From positions 127,287,675 to 127,351,674 of the forward strand of contig NC_068985.1 in NCBI RefSeq assembly GCF_001194135.2: a stretch of 64,000 nt of DNA, in the 5' to 3' direction. The notes beneath the pieces are model-generated. The model searched no databases, was not told the origin of the DNA, and worked only from the letters and a program-made list of their open reading frames with translations. The number at the start of each line of letters is the position of its first letter. The first letter of the stretch is position 1. A program made the position numbers and the translations under genes. This stretch comes from Octopus bimaculoides (Eukaryota). This document shows, in pieces, positions 51,366 to 64,000 of the stretch.

Positions 51366-52689
51366 TATTTAGGAAAAAGGTCTTCTTTACACAACAGTTT
51401 AGAAGTCATAGTTAAGCTCCAGTCTTAATGATTGTTGTGTTTCATAAATGATTAATATTTTTTTTCCTTTCTTAACATGTAATCACAGTGTTAGATTCTG
51501 TGTAAAACTTACAAATTATAGCAGTAACAATGCATCTAAACTAGTAACAATCAGTAGATAGCTAGCAAGATGGATCTTGAAAACATTGAGAAGACAAGGT
51601 CTTGCAAGCACTGTGAATGGCTTTTTTTTTTTGTCTCAGTCATCCAGCCCATTGCTTCCAATTATAGTTCCTTTGTCTTGTGAAGTTCATTATTGAATTG
51701 GAAGCTTTTGAGTGGGTTCTGCTTATACATTACTCCTATACATCAGTTGATCCACTGAGACAGGTTGAATATTTCAAAACTGTCTTACTTCAGTGAAAAT
51801 AACAATATGCAGTAATTTACACTGGGATGGCAACTTCCATTGTGTATCTGTGTATGTTGATTCTGTAGCTGTGTTCCGAAGAATGAAAAAGGAAATTTCT
51901 GTAAAATCTGTGATGGAAAATGACCTATCCATTTACAGGACAATTTTCAGAAAACTAGCCAGCCATTTGGTTACCTTTCACTCAGGTAACTATGTACAAG
52001 TTTGTTTTAGCACCCATGATTCATACTGGCATGAGTTGGATGATTTGACAGGATCTTTTTGGTCCAACGACTGCATTGTGCTCCAGTGCCTGCTTTGGTG
52101 TGGTGTCTATGTCTGGCTGGATGTCTCTCCTAACACCAAACACTTTACAGCATGTACTGGGTGCTTTTTTTGTTGTGCCACCAGCACTATTGAGGTTGCC
52201 ATGCAGCTTGCAAGACTAGACTGCGAGGGAGGGCATTTCATCTTTATGCTAGGGGATGGGAGGGTTTGAAATATGAGAGAAGTGGAAGGTAGAGTAGGTT
52301 CTTGTAGAAGAGCTACATGGTTACTAACACTTAGTAGGGGCGGGATAGAATAATCAGGAGGAGATGCAAAGAGATAGATAATAGAGATGAGGTATCCAGG
52401 TGGTTCCTCGAGGTACAGGCAGAGTAGAAAAGGTTGGGAGTTGCAAGATTGTTTGGTGAGCAAGAAGATTAGGGGATGCGGAAGCTGTTTGCAACTATAG
52501 GGTTGAAGGGTGATGACCAATGAATCATGAGTTGAAGAGGATAGAGGGATGCAGAAGGGAGCAGGTGGTGGTGGACAGAGTGACAGAATAGCAATGATAC
52601 AGTTGACATGTAATGTGTGGGTTGAGAGCACAATATACACTGCTTCCAGAACTCATTTTCACCGAGGTGGATTGGTCTAGAACTTCATA

Positions 52690-52985
52690 CCACCAGACAT
52701 CTGTCCCTTGTCATCTCCTCCATGAGGCTCAGCATCTTGAGACCAGCCGTCACTACTTCATACTATGTCTTCCTGGGCCTCTCTCTTCCACAAGTTTCGT
52801 CCACTTTAAGCAATCAGCAACTTCTTTATACAGTTGTCCTCATCCATACACATCACACGACCAAAACCATTGCCATCTTTTCTCTTGCATGCTACATCTG
52901 ATTCCTCTCGTGCTTAATTTTTCTCTCAATACATTTGGACTGTGTCATACATGCACATTGACATTGTACATCCATCAGAGCAATA
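52690..52985 (-). mobile_element. RTE C-terminal fragment
   Basis: Homologous to 11050-11396 and 43560-43830. Confidence 0.75.
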
Positions 52986-53535
52986 GAAAAGACAGATTTT
53001 AAGTCTTTCTTTAGTGAGAAATGTACTACTCAATATGGATAAGAGATTAGGGATCTCAAGTTGTTTGCTAAATTCAGGAGGCAAGAGAAACTAGAGAAAA
53101 AAACTGAAAGATTGACAGATGAAGAATAATGTAACAGATTCACAGGAGTGGCTTGGACTATAAGCACCTTGGGAATGCAATCTGCTTAGAAGGCTCACTA
53201 GAAATGATCGGTAGCTTCTCTTTGGTCATTGTGGAAAAATTGATGTGTTTAATAGTATTCAAGTAGTTTCCAACTTTCAACTTGTTCCAACATAAGAGCA
53301 AAAAAAGTATTCCTAGTGGAGTGATGGTTGGTAAAAATTTCAGTTACACATTTTGGAGGTTGGTATTTGTCAGTTTATAAATCACTCACCTAGGGGACCT
53401 AATCAGCAGCAGAGTGGGTGTTGAGGAATGATAGCAGCCTGAATTAAAATGGGAATGGAAAAGTTAGCATCAGTTTCTCTCTTCAACACAAGGGCAGATG
53501 TGTGATGTTCTTGTATGAAGTAACGCTACTGCATA

Positions 53536-53795
53536 GGGGCGCAATGGCCCAGTGGTTAGGGCAGCAAACGTGCAGTCATAGGACCACAGTTTTGATTCCC
53601 AGTCTCTCTTTCTTCTTGTTTCTGTTATACCTGTATTTCAAAGGACCAGCCTTGTCACGCTGAATCTCCTTGAGCACTACGTTAAGGGTACACGTGTCTG
53701 TGGAGTGCTCAGCCACTTGCACGTTAATTTCATGAGCAGGCTGTTCCATTGATTGGATCAACTGGAACCCTCGTCATAACCAACGGAGTGCCACG
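53536..53795 (+). mobile_element. tRNA-derived SINE family C
   Basis: GGGGCGCAATGGCCCAGTGGTTAGGGCAG (A box) and degenerate B box; core GTCTGTGGAGTGCTCAGCCACTTGCAC also seen decayed near 33.9 and 55.7 kb. Confidence 0.75.
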
Positions 53796-56189
53796 TTTTT
53801 TTTTTTTTTTATGCTACTGCATAAGAGCCAGATATGGTTACTGAATGGTGAGGGTGTGTGAAGGTTGGAAAGAAATGAGGTGAGTGTGCTTTGATGTTTA
53901 TATGTTAGTGCGTAATTAACAAAGCATAGGTTAGCTGAGTAAAAAAATGAGCATTAGAGGTTCAATAGCTCTATGCAAGAGAGACGTGTATGCTGGTATG
54001 GGAATGTGATGCAATATGAAGGGTGAAGTATTTAAGCAGTCTATGTTGCAGAAATTTGTATTAGTAGAAATGGTGAAGACTGCTCTTAGGATGCTGAATC
54101 TCATAAAGGACACATGATGTGTTGAAATATTGTGCTGATGCAGATATGCTCAACCTAGGTACTGTGTAAAATGGATGTAATAAAATGATGACAAAGATCT
54201 TGTAAGGATTGGCACCAAACCCTGAGTTGATTCCTAACTGGATGGTATTGCATAGCGGCAAGAATTCCATCTGTCATTCTTGAGTTATAGGTGCTACACT
54301 GTAAACTTGGGTCTCAAAGGACCTCAGCTGTATACTGTATCAAAACATGATGAGGTTTGGACAGTCTACTGTATTTAGATTGTTGATAAATCAACATCAT
54401 GCTGAAAGAAATATGAAGGGCTAACTCCCCTCATTCTCCAAATATCAAACAAAAGAAAATAATCAGTAATAGCATTGAAGGCACCACCACCACCACCACC
54501 ACCACCACCATAGTATTATTACTTGATGCAGCTTGAATGTTTGAAGCAGTAAAAATGTATCATTTCCACAAAAAAATAAGTAATGTGAATGTAATATGAA
54601 ATAATGCCAGTAGGGAATTTATAGTGTTGTAGATTCTATTCACAAAAAAAAAAAGATTTCACATTTTGCTGAAACGTCTGCCACTTCACGCAAGAATGTT
54701 GACTTGAGAATTGTTTTGAAATTTAATATATGTGTGTATGTTGTTTTATATATTTTTTTATGTTGGCCCAATGCCTCAAATTTATAGGTGAAGGATAATA
54801 AACTAAATTGTCCTTCTCTCCCCTTTCTCTCAAAGTTGTTCTCATCTAAACTTGAAACTTAGAAGCATGAAACTAAATACTGCAAGACATTTAGTCTGGT
54901 GCTCTAACTATTTTTGTCTCAAATCCTGCCTTTGTACATGTCATTGGTATTCTAAAATTATTTTTGGCATATAGGGGAACGTCTGTTGGGCTCTTTACCC
55001 ATTGATAAATACTTCTGGTCCTGATTAGAGGGTGGTTCATCCATCAGAGTTGACCATGTATGCACAGGTATAAGCAATGTTTGCTAGTGGAAAGCTGACA
55101 GTTGCCCATGCATGGAAGTCTTCTTTCTCTACATCACTGATGTTGTCCAAGGGAAAGGTCATTGCAGGCATTGGTGTCAGAATGCAGAGGGTCAAAACAG
55201 ATACCACAAGGTATCTTGTTCAACAGTCTGACACTAATCCATCATCCTGGATCAGTACATTTTTATAGACCCTGAAAAGATGAAAGGCAAAGTTGACCTC
55301 AGTGGGATTTGAACCTGGAGAGCAGAGAGTCAGAAGAGAAACCACAAAACATTCCATCCTACTCTCTAACAACTCAGTTAATTTGCCAACATTTCTGGTC
55401 TTGAATGATTAAGTAATTCACTTGATTGTCTGGTGCCAGGCATATCAATGCAGAGGATATTGAACTATTTTACACATAGCTTCCAGGGTTTTCTTTCATC
55501 ATACTAGAATGATAGGCTGTGGGAGGATTTGAACTCAGCATTACAGACTAAGTAAAACTGTTTTCTGTTAGAATTGGCTTTACTGCTTTTAGTAGCAAAT
55601 TGTGTCTTCCCATTGTAACTATTATAAAATAAAGCAGTTAAGTCTCTGCTGATTTGATGATGAGTGTTCAATCAACTAAATTACCTTGTCATTGAATTAA
55701 CTTGGAAGTGGCTGAGTATTCCACAGACACATTCACTCATAACATAATTCTTACACAGTGTGATAAGGTGGGACCTTTGAATAACAGTCCATCTGATGGC
55801 CTTCTGCATTCATTCTGTTTATTAAATTTCACTTACAAGGCTTGGATCAATCCATGCAATTGCCAAATGAACTTCTTAACCATTCAGCTGTTACATTAAC
55901 ACAAGCTGTCTCTGGCATGGTTTGGATGGCTTGACAGGAACTGACAGTGTTTTTCTTTTATTTTAGACATTATTATTCTTCATTTAGAAATCAAGGTTCC
56001 TAATTCAAATCCAATCTGAAATCATACAGATATTAAAGAATAAGACTTTTGGTGACAATAAGAGATAAAATCCAATTCAAATGCAGTGTAGGTATAATAC
56101 CGTGAATATTCACTTAAAAGGGGTTAATAATCTCAAAAAATTTATAATCGTATTAATGATAGCCCAGAAGTTAGACATTAAAATGTTCT

Positions 56190-57056
56190 GTTTTCTTCTT
56201 TTGTGCATTGGTCACGTTTTTTTTTTAACTTGTTTCAATGATCAGATTGTGGCTGGTACTCATTCTATCAGTCTCTTTGGCTGAACTGCTAAGTTATAAG
56301 GAGGGGTGGTAAGCATACCAACACCAGTTGTCAAGTGGTAGTGTGTGTGGTGGGAGGGGCTCAAACACAAATACACACACACACACATACATATATATGT
56401 ACATATATACGATGGGCTTCTTTTAGTTTCTGTCTACCAAATCCAATTACAGGCTTTGGTTGACTTGAGGTTATAGTAGAAGACATTTGCCCAACATTCA
56501 ACACAGTGAGAACAAACCTAGAACCGTGCGATCAGGAAGCCACCTTCCTACCACACAGCCTTGCCTGTGCCTATGTTTTCTACTTTTTCATGAAGAGTAG
56601 TAATTGTTGTTGAGCTTCAGGTTAGTCTTGATCGAACAGACATATAATCAAAGGTGTTCTATCTGTGAACATCTTGTCTTTCATTCAAGCATGGTTATCT
56701 GTGTAGTAAGAAGCTTGCTTCCCAACAACACGGGTCTGGGTTCAGTCCCACTGCATGGCACCTTGAGCATGTGTCTTCTACTATAGCCTTGGGCCAACCA
56801 AAGCCTTGTGAGTGGATTTGGTAGACGGAAACTGAAAGAAGCCTGTCATATATATCTATGTGTGCATGTCTTTTTCTCTTGACAACCAATGTTGGTGTGT
56901 TTATGTCCATGTAACTTAGCAGTTTGGTAAAAGAGATTGATAGGATAAGTACTAGGCTTTAAAAAAAAGTCCTAGGGTCGATTTGTTTGGCTAAAACCCT
57001 TCAAGGTAGTGCCCCAGCATGGCCGCAGTCAAATGACTGAATCAAGGTAGAAAAAG
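56190..57056. mobile_element. Head-to-head pair of family A SINEs (about 56190-56572 minus, 56686-57056 plus)
   Basis: Complementary cores CTACCAAATCCA and TGGATTTGGTAG; heads about 110 bp apart. Confidence 0.8.
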
Positions 57057-58579
57057 AAATGTTTTGTCTTTTAAAGCTTGTTGAGAAAGGTTTGGCTGCC
57101 ATTTTTAATAGATTAGGCACTAAGATTACATAATCCAACATGTTCCCTCATGAAGTTGGTTGAAGGAGATTTGGCTGCTACTTTTGATGGTTTAGGCAAC
57201 CAATTGAATATGTAAATTTCCTTTCTTCTGGTGACACAATTCGGACTGCTGTCATATCTTAATCTTCTCAGCATCTTCTTAAACTGACAATACTTTTTTC
57301 TTGATGTAGACGTCACAAATATATGACTCAAATTCTAATTCTTTTAAATGAAATACTAAGTCTTAATATCAAGAACACCTCATATAACCAAATGTAAAAA
57401 GCAATTGATTTTATGTCATTATAGCAAAAAATGATTATCAAAGAAATGCTGCAATGTGTATTTGTTGTGACTGAACAAGATTAAATAAAAAATGAAAGAA
57501 ATGTATATTTATGAATTTCATTATCGTAAAAGAGGCAGATTAGTCTAATTAGTTAATCAAGCATTTGTTTTATTATTTCAAACAATCTTAGAGCATATAG
57601 ATTAGTCAGCAATGCATAACAGATCAATGAATGTTTGATTGAACGAAATTATTGAAATCAAATGAAAAATATTGCAAAGTGTTATTTTGTTTGAGCTGGC
57701 AGAATTTGTGAGACCGTTGGAAGAAACTCTTTGCTGTTTCTGTATTTTTCTCAGCTTTTTATGTTCTGAGTTTAAATCCTTCTTCATTTCTTTAAGGAGT
57801 TGATAACAGTACACTCGGATAACACATTCCCTCCCCTCAAAGTTTCTTGACTTGTGCTTAAATTAGGAGCAATTATTGGTCATGTTAACACATGCATGTA
57901 AAGTGGAACCAAGCATTTATATAATGATTCAGTAAACATGCTCATTATTTTCCATGCGTATTAGTTGTAGCATCTGGCTGTTCTCTTTCTTTCAGCAGTA
58001 GCATTTATGTCATTGCTCTCTCTTCAAGTTGTAGTGCTTGTCCTTTCTTTCTCTTTGTCTCTTTTGGTTGTGGAAGTTGTCTCTTCTTCATTCCTTTATC
58101 AATAGAAAGGTTATGTTCTTTTGTCACACCTACCATCTTTTTGGTTTCTGAATGAACACATACACAAGTGCAGTTTTATAATTTGACACAATGGAGCTTC
58201 GGATAAGAGCAAAAAAAAAAAAAAATCCATTGGCAATTATAGATAACTTGTGGGTACTGAAATGGTTGATGCCCTCTCCCCAGCTTGATAAAAGCAATTC
58301 CAACTAAGGTAGGATTTGAACTCAAAATATAATGGTCAACCTTCCTTCACTTCCCCTCACTGAACTGCTATTTTCTGCTTTCGACTTAATCCCTATCTCT
58401 AATCATCTGTCACACTATTCTCACTCAGTGCACTTATCTGTACGTCTACCTTTTCTGATCATCTCTCCTATTCTGTCTCTTATATTCATCTTGTACCTTC
58501 ACCTCACACCTGTTTCTCACTTTCTTGATGGGCAAGCTATGTATTCACCTCTTCAGCAAGACACCTGATCCTATCCCTC

Positions 58580-58825
58580 TATTCTATCTTCCACTCAATT
58601 GAGGTGTCTTGTGGCTACATGGTGACCTCACCAGTGCTAGTGCCACATAAAAAGCACCCAGTACACTGTGGAGTAGTTGGCTATAGGAAGGGCATCCAGC
58701 TGTAGAAACTGTGCAAAGCAGACATAGAACCAGGCACAGCCCTCTGGCTTGTCTGTTCTTGTTGAACCATCCAACCCATGCCAGCATGGATAAAGGGATG
58801 TTAAATTATTGTAATGATGATGATG
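58580..58825 (+). mobile_element. Short RTE-tailed element (similar copies at about 31430-31621, 60560-61070, 62920-63103 and 3047-3205 minus)
   Basis: GTGCCACATAAAAAGCACCC...GGAAGGGCATCCAGCTGTAGAAAC...CCAACCCATGCCAGCATGG...GATGATGATG. Confidence 0.8.
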
Positions 58826-60608
58826 TAAACAGCTTTTGGTGTGTGATTATGAAAGCATGATTAAACATAATTAATCCCATGTTATCTGAATATGATCACT
58901 GGTAAAATGTCATAAAAGTTTTATTCCCCGTGCACCAAAATGACCGAATAGTGATATATGTATTACAAAGCAATGATAAGCCTAATTAGCTAATGAAATT
59001 AGCTTTTCTGGCTTTTTTCTTTTTTTTTTAATCTTTTTAAACTGCAAAATATCTGACGACAGTATTAAAATCAATTTTTCTAGCAATGTTTGATTCAGTG
59101 CTCAGTCTTGTAAAATCATCAAGTGAAAGTATGAGACATAGTAAAACATCTGATGCTTGAGTTTGCTAAAAGATTTATTTCTCTGTTGATGCTGTTATAG
59201 CTGGAATTGTCAATAATATTCTCAAACAAACTAACACAAACATTTAGCAGTATCTTAAAAAGTCAGTTGATAAATTTAGTAATTCTACAGGTTTCTATTC
59301 TGGTTTTCTAAACTTTGCTTTCTATACTTACAGGAAATGTTGTAGTTCTGCTGTAAAATCTTGGTCAGCAGAATGTTGATGTTCTAAGCCTGTTTTTTTC
59401 TCTCTTTTTTTTTTTTCTTTATCCTTGGCTCACAGTTAATCCTGCAATAATACATACATATATATTTATATATCTGTATGTGTGTGTGGACGCGTGCACA
59501 TATATGTATATAATTAAAGGTATTAAAATAGCAATGTTTTCGATATCAGTATTTAACACCAATTAATAAAATATTTTTGTATCATTTTTATCAAGAAGTT
59601 AATAGGTGCAAATAGTTAAGAATCCATTTGAATAATTAAATTAAGATAGATAATATTATGTCAATAAGTTATATTTTTTTAATTATTAACAATCAGCCAA
59701 TATCTTAATGACAAAAAAGTGAAAATGAAAGAAATATTTTTAAAATACAAATAGAATAGAAGAAAGAATATAATTCAATCAAAAATAAAAAATGCATTAA
59801 AGAAAAACAAATTGTTAATTTTGTTTTTGCATTTGGAAATGACAATGGACTGAGATGTCTGGCGATTTGAAGTTCTTGAGCGAAACAGTTCTAGAAGTGC
59901 TGTGTGTCCCACCCACACTTAACAAGAAAACTTCTCACACTCTCTACTACAACAAACCAAACTACGTCTCTACATCTCTACCTGATATTTTTGCCTCATG
60001 CACTATGCTTACTTCTCACTCCCCAATCCTGTCCTCTTGGCCCAGTGCCACTGTATCAGTGCCATCCCTTCTGCATGCCCTGTCTCACTGTATTATTGCC
60101 ATCTGCTAGCCCCTGACCTGTGTATTTCACCCACACATAACAAGAAAGCTTTTCACTCACCCTACCCCAACAAACCAATCTACTTCTACAAATCCCTTCT
60201 CTGCCTCACATTTCTTCCTTCATGCATTATGCCTAGCTCTCACTCCCTAATCCTGTCCTCGTGGCCCTGTTCCTCTATATCANNNNNNNNNNNNNNNNNN
60301 NNNNNNNNNNNNNNNNCTATATATACCTGGGTTTTCGCCACCACCCCCACTCCATACTCTTTAATCACACTTCCTTCGCAATATCCTGTCACTTATATTA
60401 TGGTGTTCAGACCGCAAGGGTATGTCCAGGCACTTGCCACCATCTTTATCTCTCTCTTCCTTTACTCAACCATCCCATTATATTCTGATCCCCAGCATTT
60501 TGCCACCATCTCTATCCTGCTGTCTCCCACTCTCTCTCTCCTTCTCCTGCACTTCCCTCAGGTTTGGGTAACCATGTATTTCCTTTGTGATAGCACACAT
60601 GTTTCTGT

Positions 60609-60647
<39 letters not shown>

Positions 60648-61878
60648 CAAGGTCAGGTAGCCTTGTAGCAAGACACCTGCTTCTGTCTCACTATAACCTT
60701 TCATCACCTAACACAAGATCATCTCGTCCACTGCCCCCTCCTCTCTTGAAAGTTTTTTTTTATTTTGTCTTGCAAATACTTGGTGACCCTGTCAGCGCAG
60801 GTGCCACTTAAAAGCACCCAGTTCACACTGTTGATGTTTGGAAGGGCATCCAGCCGTAAAAACCTTGCCAAAACTGACCTCACCTGTGCTTGTACCATAT
60901 AAGAAGCACTAAGTCCACTCTGCTGAGTGGTTGGTGTTAGGAAGGGCATCCAGCTGTAAAAACCCTGCCAAAACAGTCACAGAAGTTTGGTGAAGGCTTT
61001 TGCCTAGCCAGCTCTTGTGAAACTGTCCCACCCATGCTTGCATAGAAGGCGGACGTTAAACGATGATGGTGATATCTGGTTTGCAAGATTCTTTATGAGA
61101 ATTCATGTGTTGAAACAAATTTTATTGTCTAGGGAGAGTCCTAATATCTGACTCACCGGTTCAATTTCCACTCATTTATTATTTATATTTTTTCTTTCCA
61201 AAATTTTTGTTGTTTTTAAATCCTTGTCAATGGATGTTGACTCTGTCTGTTAATTATCATTTATTATGGAAAGTAAACTTAAGGAATCAGAGTATCCAAT
61301 CTAATTTCTGACAGACTTGATCTCAGTCAAAAAAGCACATCCAATTGTACACTTGTTGCTGGGAAAGGTAATGCTATAATTTATGCTAAAATGACAAATA
61401 TGGAATGTATGGAGAATTGCTTTCCCTAAAACCATACCCCAGTGCAAAATAAAATGTAAAATCAAACTTTTAAGCTGTGCATAAATTAAATAAGTTTTGG
61501 GAGTGGCAATCCATTTATGTGTGTATATAAACATAGATGTACTCATTTGTCCATGTGTGTGTGTATGAACGAAGATGTACTCATTTGTCCATGTATGCAT
61601 ATGTGCTTGTTTAAATGTAGATGTGTTTACCCATGCTTGCAGTTCACCACAAAAGTATGCTTGGGTTTTTTTGACATGTCTTCACTTTTTGCAGTCTTCG
61701 TAAACAAAAGACTCATCCATACAGTGTGGGTTTTTTTGTCTCCCCACCCCCAGTTCTCTGCCTAAACATGTTTGGGCTGTTTGCTGTACTGTAGATAAGG
61801 AGATTATTACCTTCCTTGTAAACAGGTGGTGGGGGGCAGCAGGAAGGGCTTCTTGCACACAACTGATACAGTATAAAC

Positions 61879-62175
61879 CAGTGTTTCTCAACCAAGGTCC
61901 ATGTAACATTTTTGGTTGTCCACATAACAAAATAGTAAATTGAAGATTCATGTTAATATTTTAAGGGCCCCTGAAAAAATTTTACTTTAGACGTATGTAT
62001 TGGTTATGTATTGCAAGAAACAGCTAGGTTTCTTGCAATACATAGTTCAACCTACACAAGTTAATGTGTGAAAAATAAAGTAGGAATTTTGAAAGAAGTT
62101 TCTATAAAACTAGTCTTTAGACATCAGATGGGAGAAGGGGTCCATAGGTAAAAAAAAAATAGTTGAGATCCTTTG
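61879..62175. mobile_element. hAT/Charlie-like MITE
   Basis: CAGTGTTTCTCAACC start, AGTTGAGATCCTTTG end, imperfect 8-bp TSD GTATAAAC / GTATAGCC. Confidence 0.65.
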
Positions 62176-63545
62176 GTATAAGCCATAGGTCCTTTAATCT
62201 GTATTCTCATATCCTGGTCACTTTTCCAGTTGCAGCTGTCTTTTGGTATATATTTACAAGAAAATGTTGCTCTTCAAATGTAAAGCCTACAAGTTTATGT
62301 AAGTTATAGGAAAAGGTTTATTACCTTGAGCACAGTATATATTACTTTTTAGTTTTCTATTTTTAGTAGAATTTGAACTCAAGAATTTCTAGCATAGCAT
62401 TTACTTCAGCTTCTAAATAGATATTATAAAGCAATGGTTCTCAGGTTAATAAATATCAGCCTCCCCACTCAAATAATTAGTGAAACTTTTGAGTCTTCCT
62501 TGCCTCCTTATTTTCATTAATGATGAAACAAATTAGAGCTTGCATCTTTGTAATTCTTTCTTCACCATGGTGTTGGACAAGATATCAACATTTAAACCCA
62601 TCTCAATTTCTTGAAACATGGCAATTCTTTTCCCCCTCTCCCCACTCAACTCACACAGCAGGCCGTTCCTCCCCAATAAGAAGCACTACTTACTATAAAG
62701 TATGAATTTCAATTCTCTTCAACTATACCAAACAGTCTTCCCTTCCTACACACACAACAAAGTTAAATATAAATAACATTGTCACTCTTTCCTACATGTG
62801 AATATCCATGTAGCTCCCCTACAACAAGAACCTGCTATGTTCCATCCCTTTCTCTTGGACTATAACTCCTCATCTGCTAGCACAAGCTACTTCCTTAAAA
62901 TTTTGTAGGCTTGAAAGCTCCATGTTGACCTCACTAATGCCAGTGGCACAAGAAAAGTGGTTGGTATTAGGAAGGGCACCCATCTGTAGAAACCATGCCA
63001 AAACAGGCATTGGTGCATGGTGTAGTCTTTGAACCCATCAGATCCTGTTAAACCATCTAATTCATACCAGCATGGAACATGGATGTTAAATGATGATGAT
63101 GATGGTTATGGTTAGAGTTGACATAACCAATTTTGTTCTGTTGTGGACATGTATTTATGTCAGTTAAGTATTAAATATTGAGTAATTTAACATTTAGTTA
63201 TTAAGGGATTCTTAAATACTTCCTTCCCAATGAGACAAAATATTTTCTCAAATTTGTGGATATGCTGTTATCCACGTCCCATATTCAGCCTGTAGTTTTG
63301 TTCTCTAATTTTTGTTTTATATCTGCTTAGTAGCTTACAAAAGAACAACTGATTTTTCTGTCTTTGTTCATTATAATATTTGCAGTCTTTGGCATTCATT
63401 GTTCTTTGTTTCCTCCAGAATGCTGTTTTGCTAAACTTTATTTCTAATTATGCTCTGTTTTGATAACATTCTATTCTAGTTATAGTCTGTTTGATTAAAC
63501 TTCACATGTAATTATCTTCTGTTGGATAATACTCATAATTTGTCT

Positions 63546-63549
<4 letters not shown>

Positions 63550-63601
<52 letters not shown>
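63550..63601. repeat. (TC)n microsatellite; long (TA)n arrays also at about 11940, 19305, 19420, 21520, 21830, 24832 and 47860
   Basis: Visible dinucleotide runs. Confidence 0.95.
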
Positions 63602-63605
<4 letters not shown>

Positions 63606-64000
63606 TTTTTTTAACAAACATTTATCTCTTGATATACCCTGAATTGATAGTTGTTACCTCTACAAAAAGCCCCATTCATAAACAACCCACTGCTAAAACT
63701 AACATACCTCTTACAGAGGCAAGGGTTCACAAGCTCCCTAAAGTGTCTAGATTCAGTACATCACATAGATGAAATTTGCAACAAGACCAGAAAATACTGG
63801 GACCCCACCCTCACCTCTGTCAGAATTTTGCATTGTTCTGGAACACTCTGTTTTTTCTTTTCCATCCACTAACTATTGTTTGACCTAAATATTGATTAAC
63901 CCTTTGGCATTCAAATTGCTGTTTAATGCTTAATTATTCACATTGTTTTGAATTAAACATGCATGTAGCTTTGAGATTTCAGTGGTGTGACTGTTTATTT

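Noticed and set aside
52107-52640. 177-aa Pro/Leu/Ser-rich ORF (also 59998-60660)
   Set aside because: Pyrimidine-rich repeat-associated sequence that is stop-poor by composition.
59913-60280. About 217-bp diverged tandem duplication
   Set aside because: Lies in C-rich retroelement UTR-like sequence; ordinary.

Overview
AT-rich eukaryotic genomic DNA with eight assembly gaps (N runs at about 1094-1503, 6956-7614, 10187-10479, 14967-15696, 20828-20844, 40864-41200, 47412-47558 and 60283-60316). The tRNA-headed SINE families, RTE tails ending in (GAT)n and dense AC/AT/ATCT microsatellites resemble Octopus (coleoid cephalopod) DNA; this is inferred from recalled repeat families, not from a search. 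I recognise no host protein-coding exon. Every recognisable peptide is a decayed transposon fragment: RTE (two lineages), R4/Dong-type RLE non-LTR, two Penelope-like (PLE) lineages, mariner, and possibly CR1/L2. A CpG-retaining segment at about 18.5-26.6 kb carries promoter-like motifs and may be a head-to-head promoter flanked by CpG-depleted gene bodies. The most interesting structure is a PLE 3' module that puts a tRNA-like Pol III promoter about 70 nt upstream of a minimal hammerhead ribozyme. Two short copies start almost exactly where Pol III would initiate, which suggests a Penelope-mobilised, ribozyme-bearing SINE-like RNA. Also present are a hammerhead-like motif with a compensatory U3-A8 core and a foldback-like element whose terminal subrepeat has expanded into a 32-bp array.
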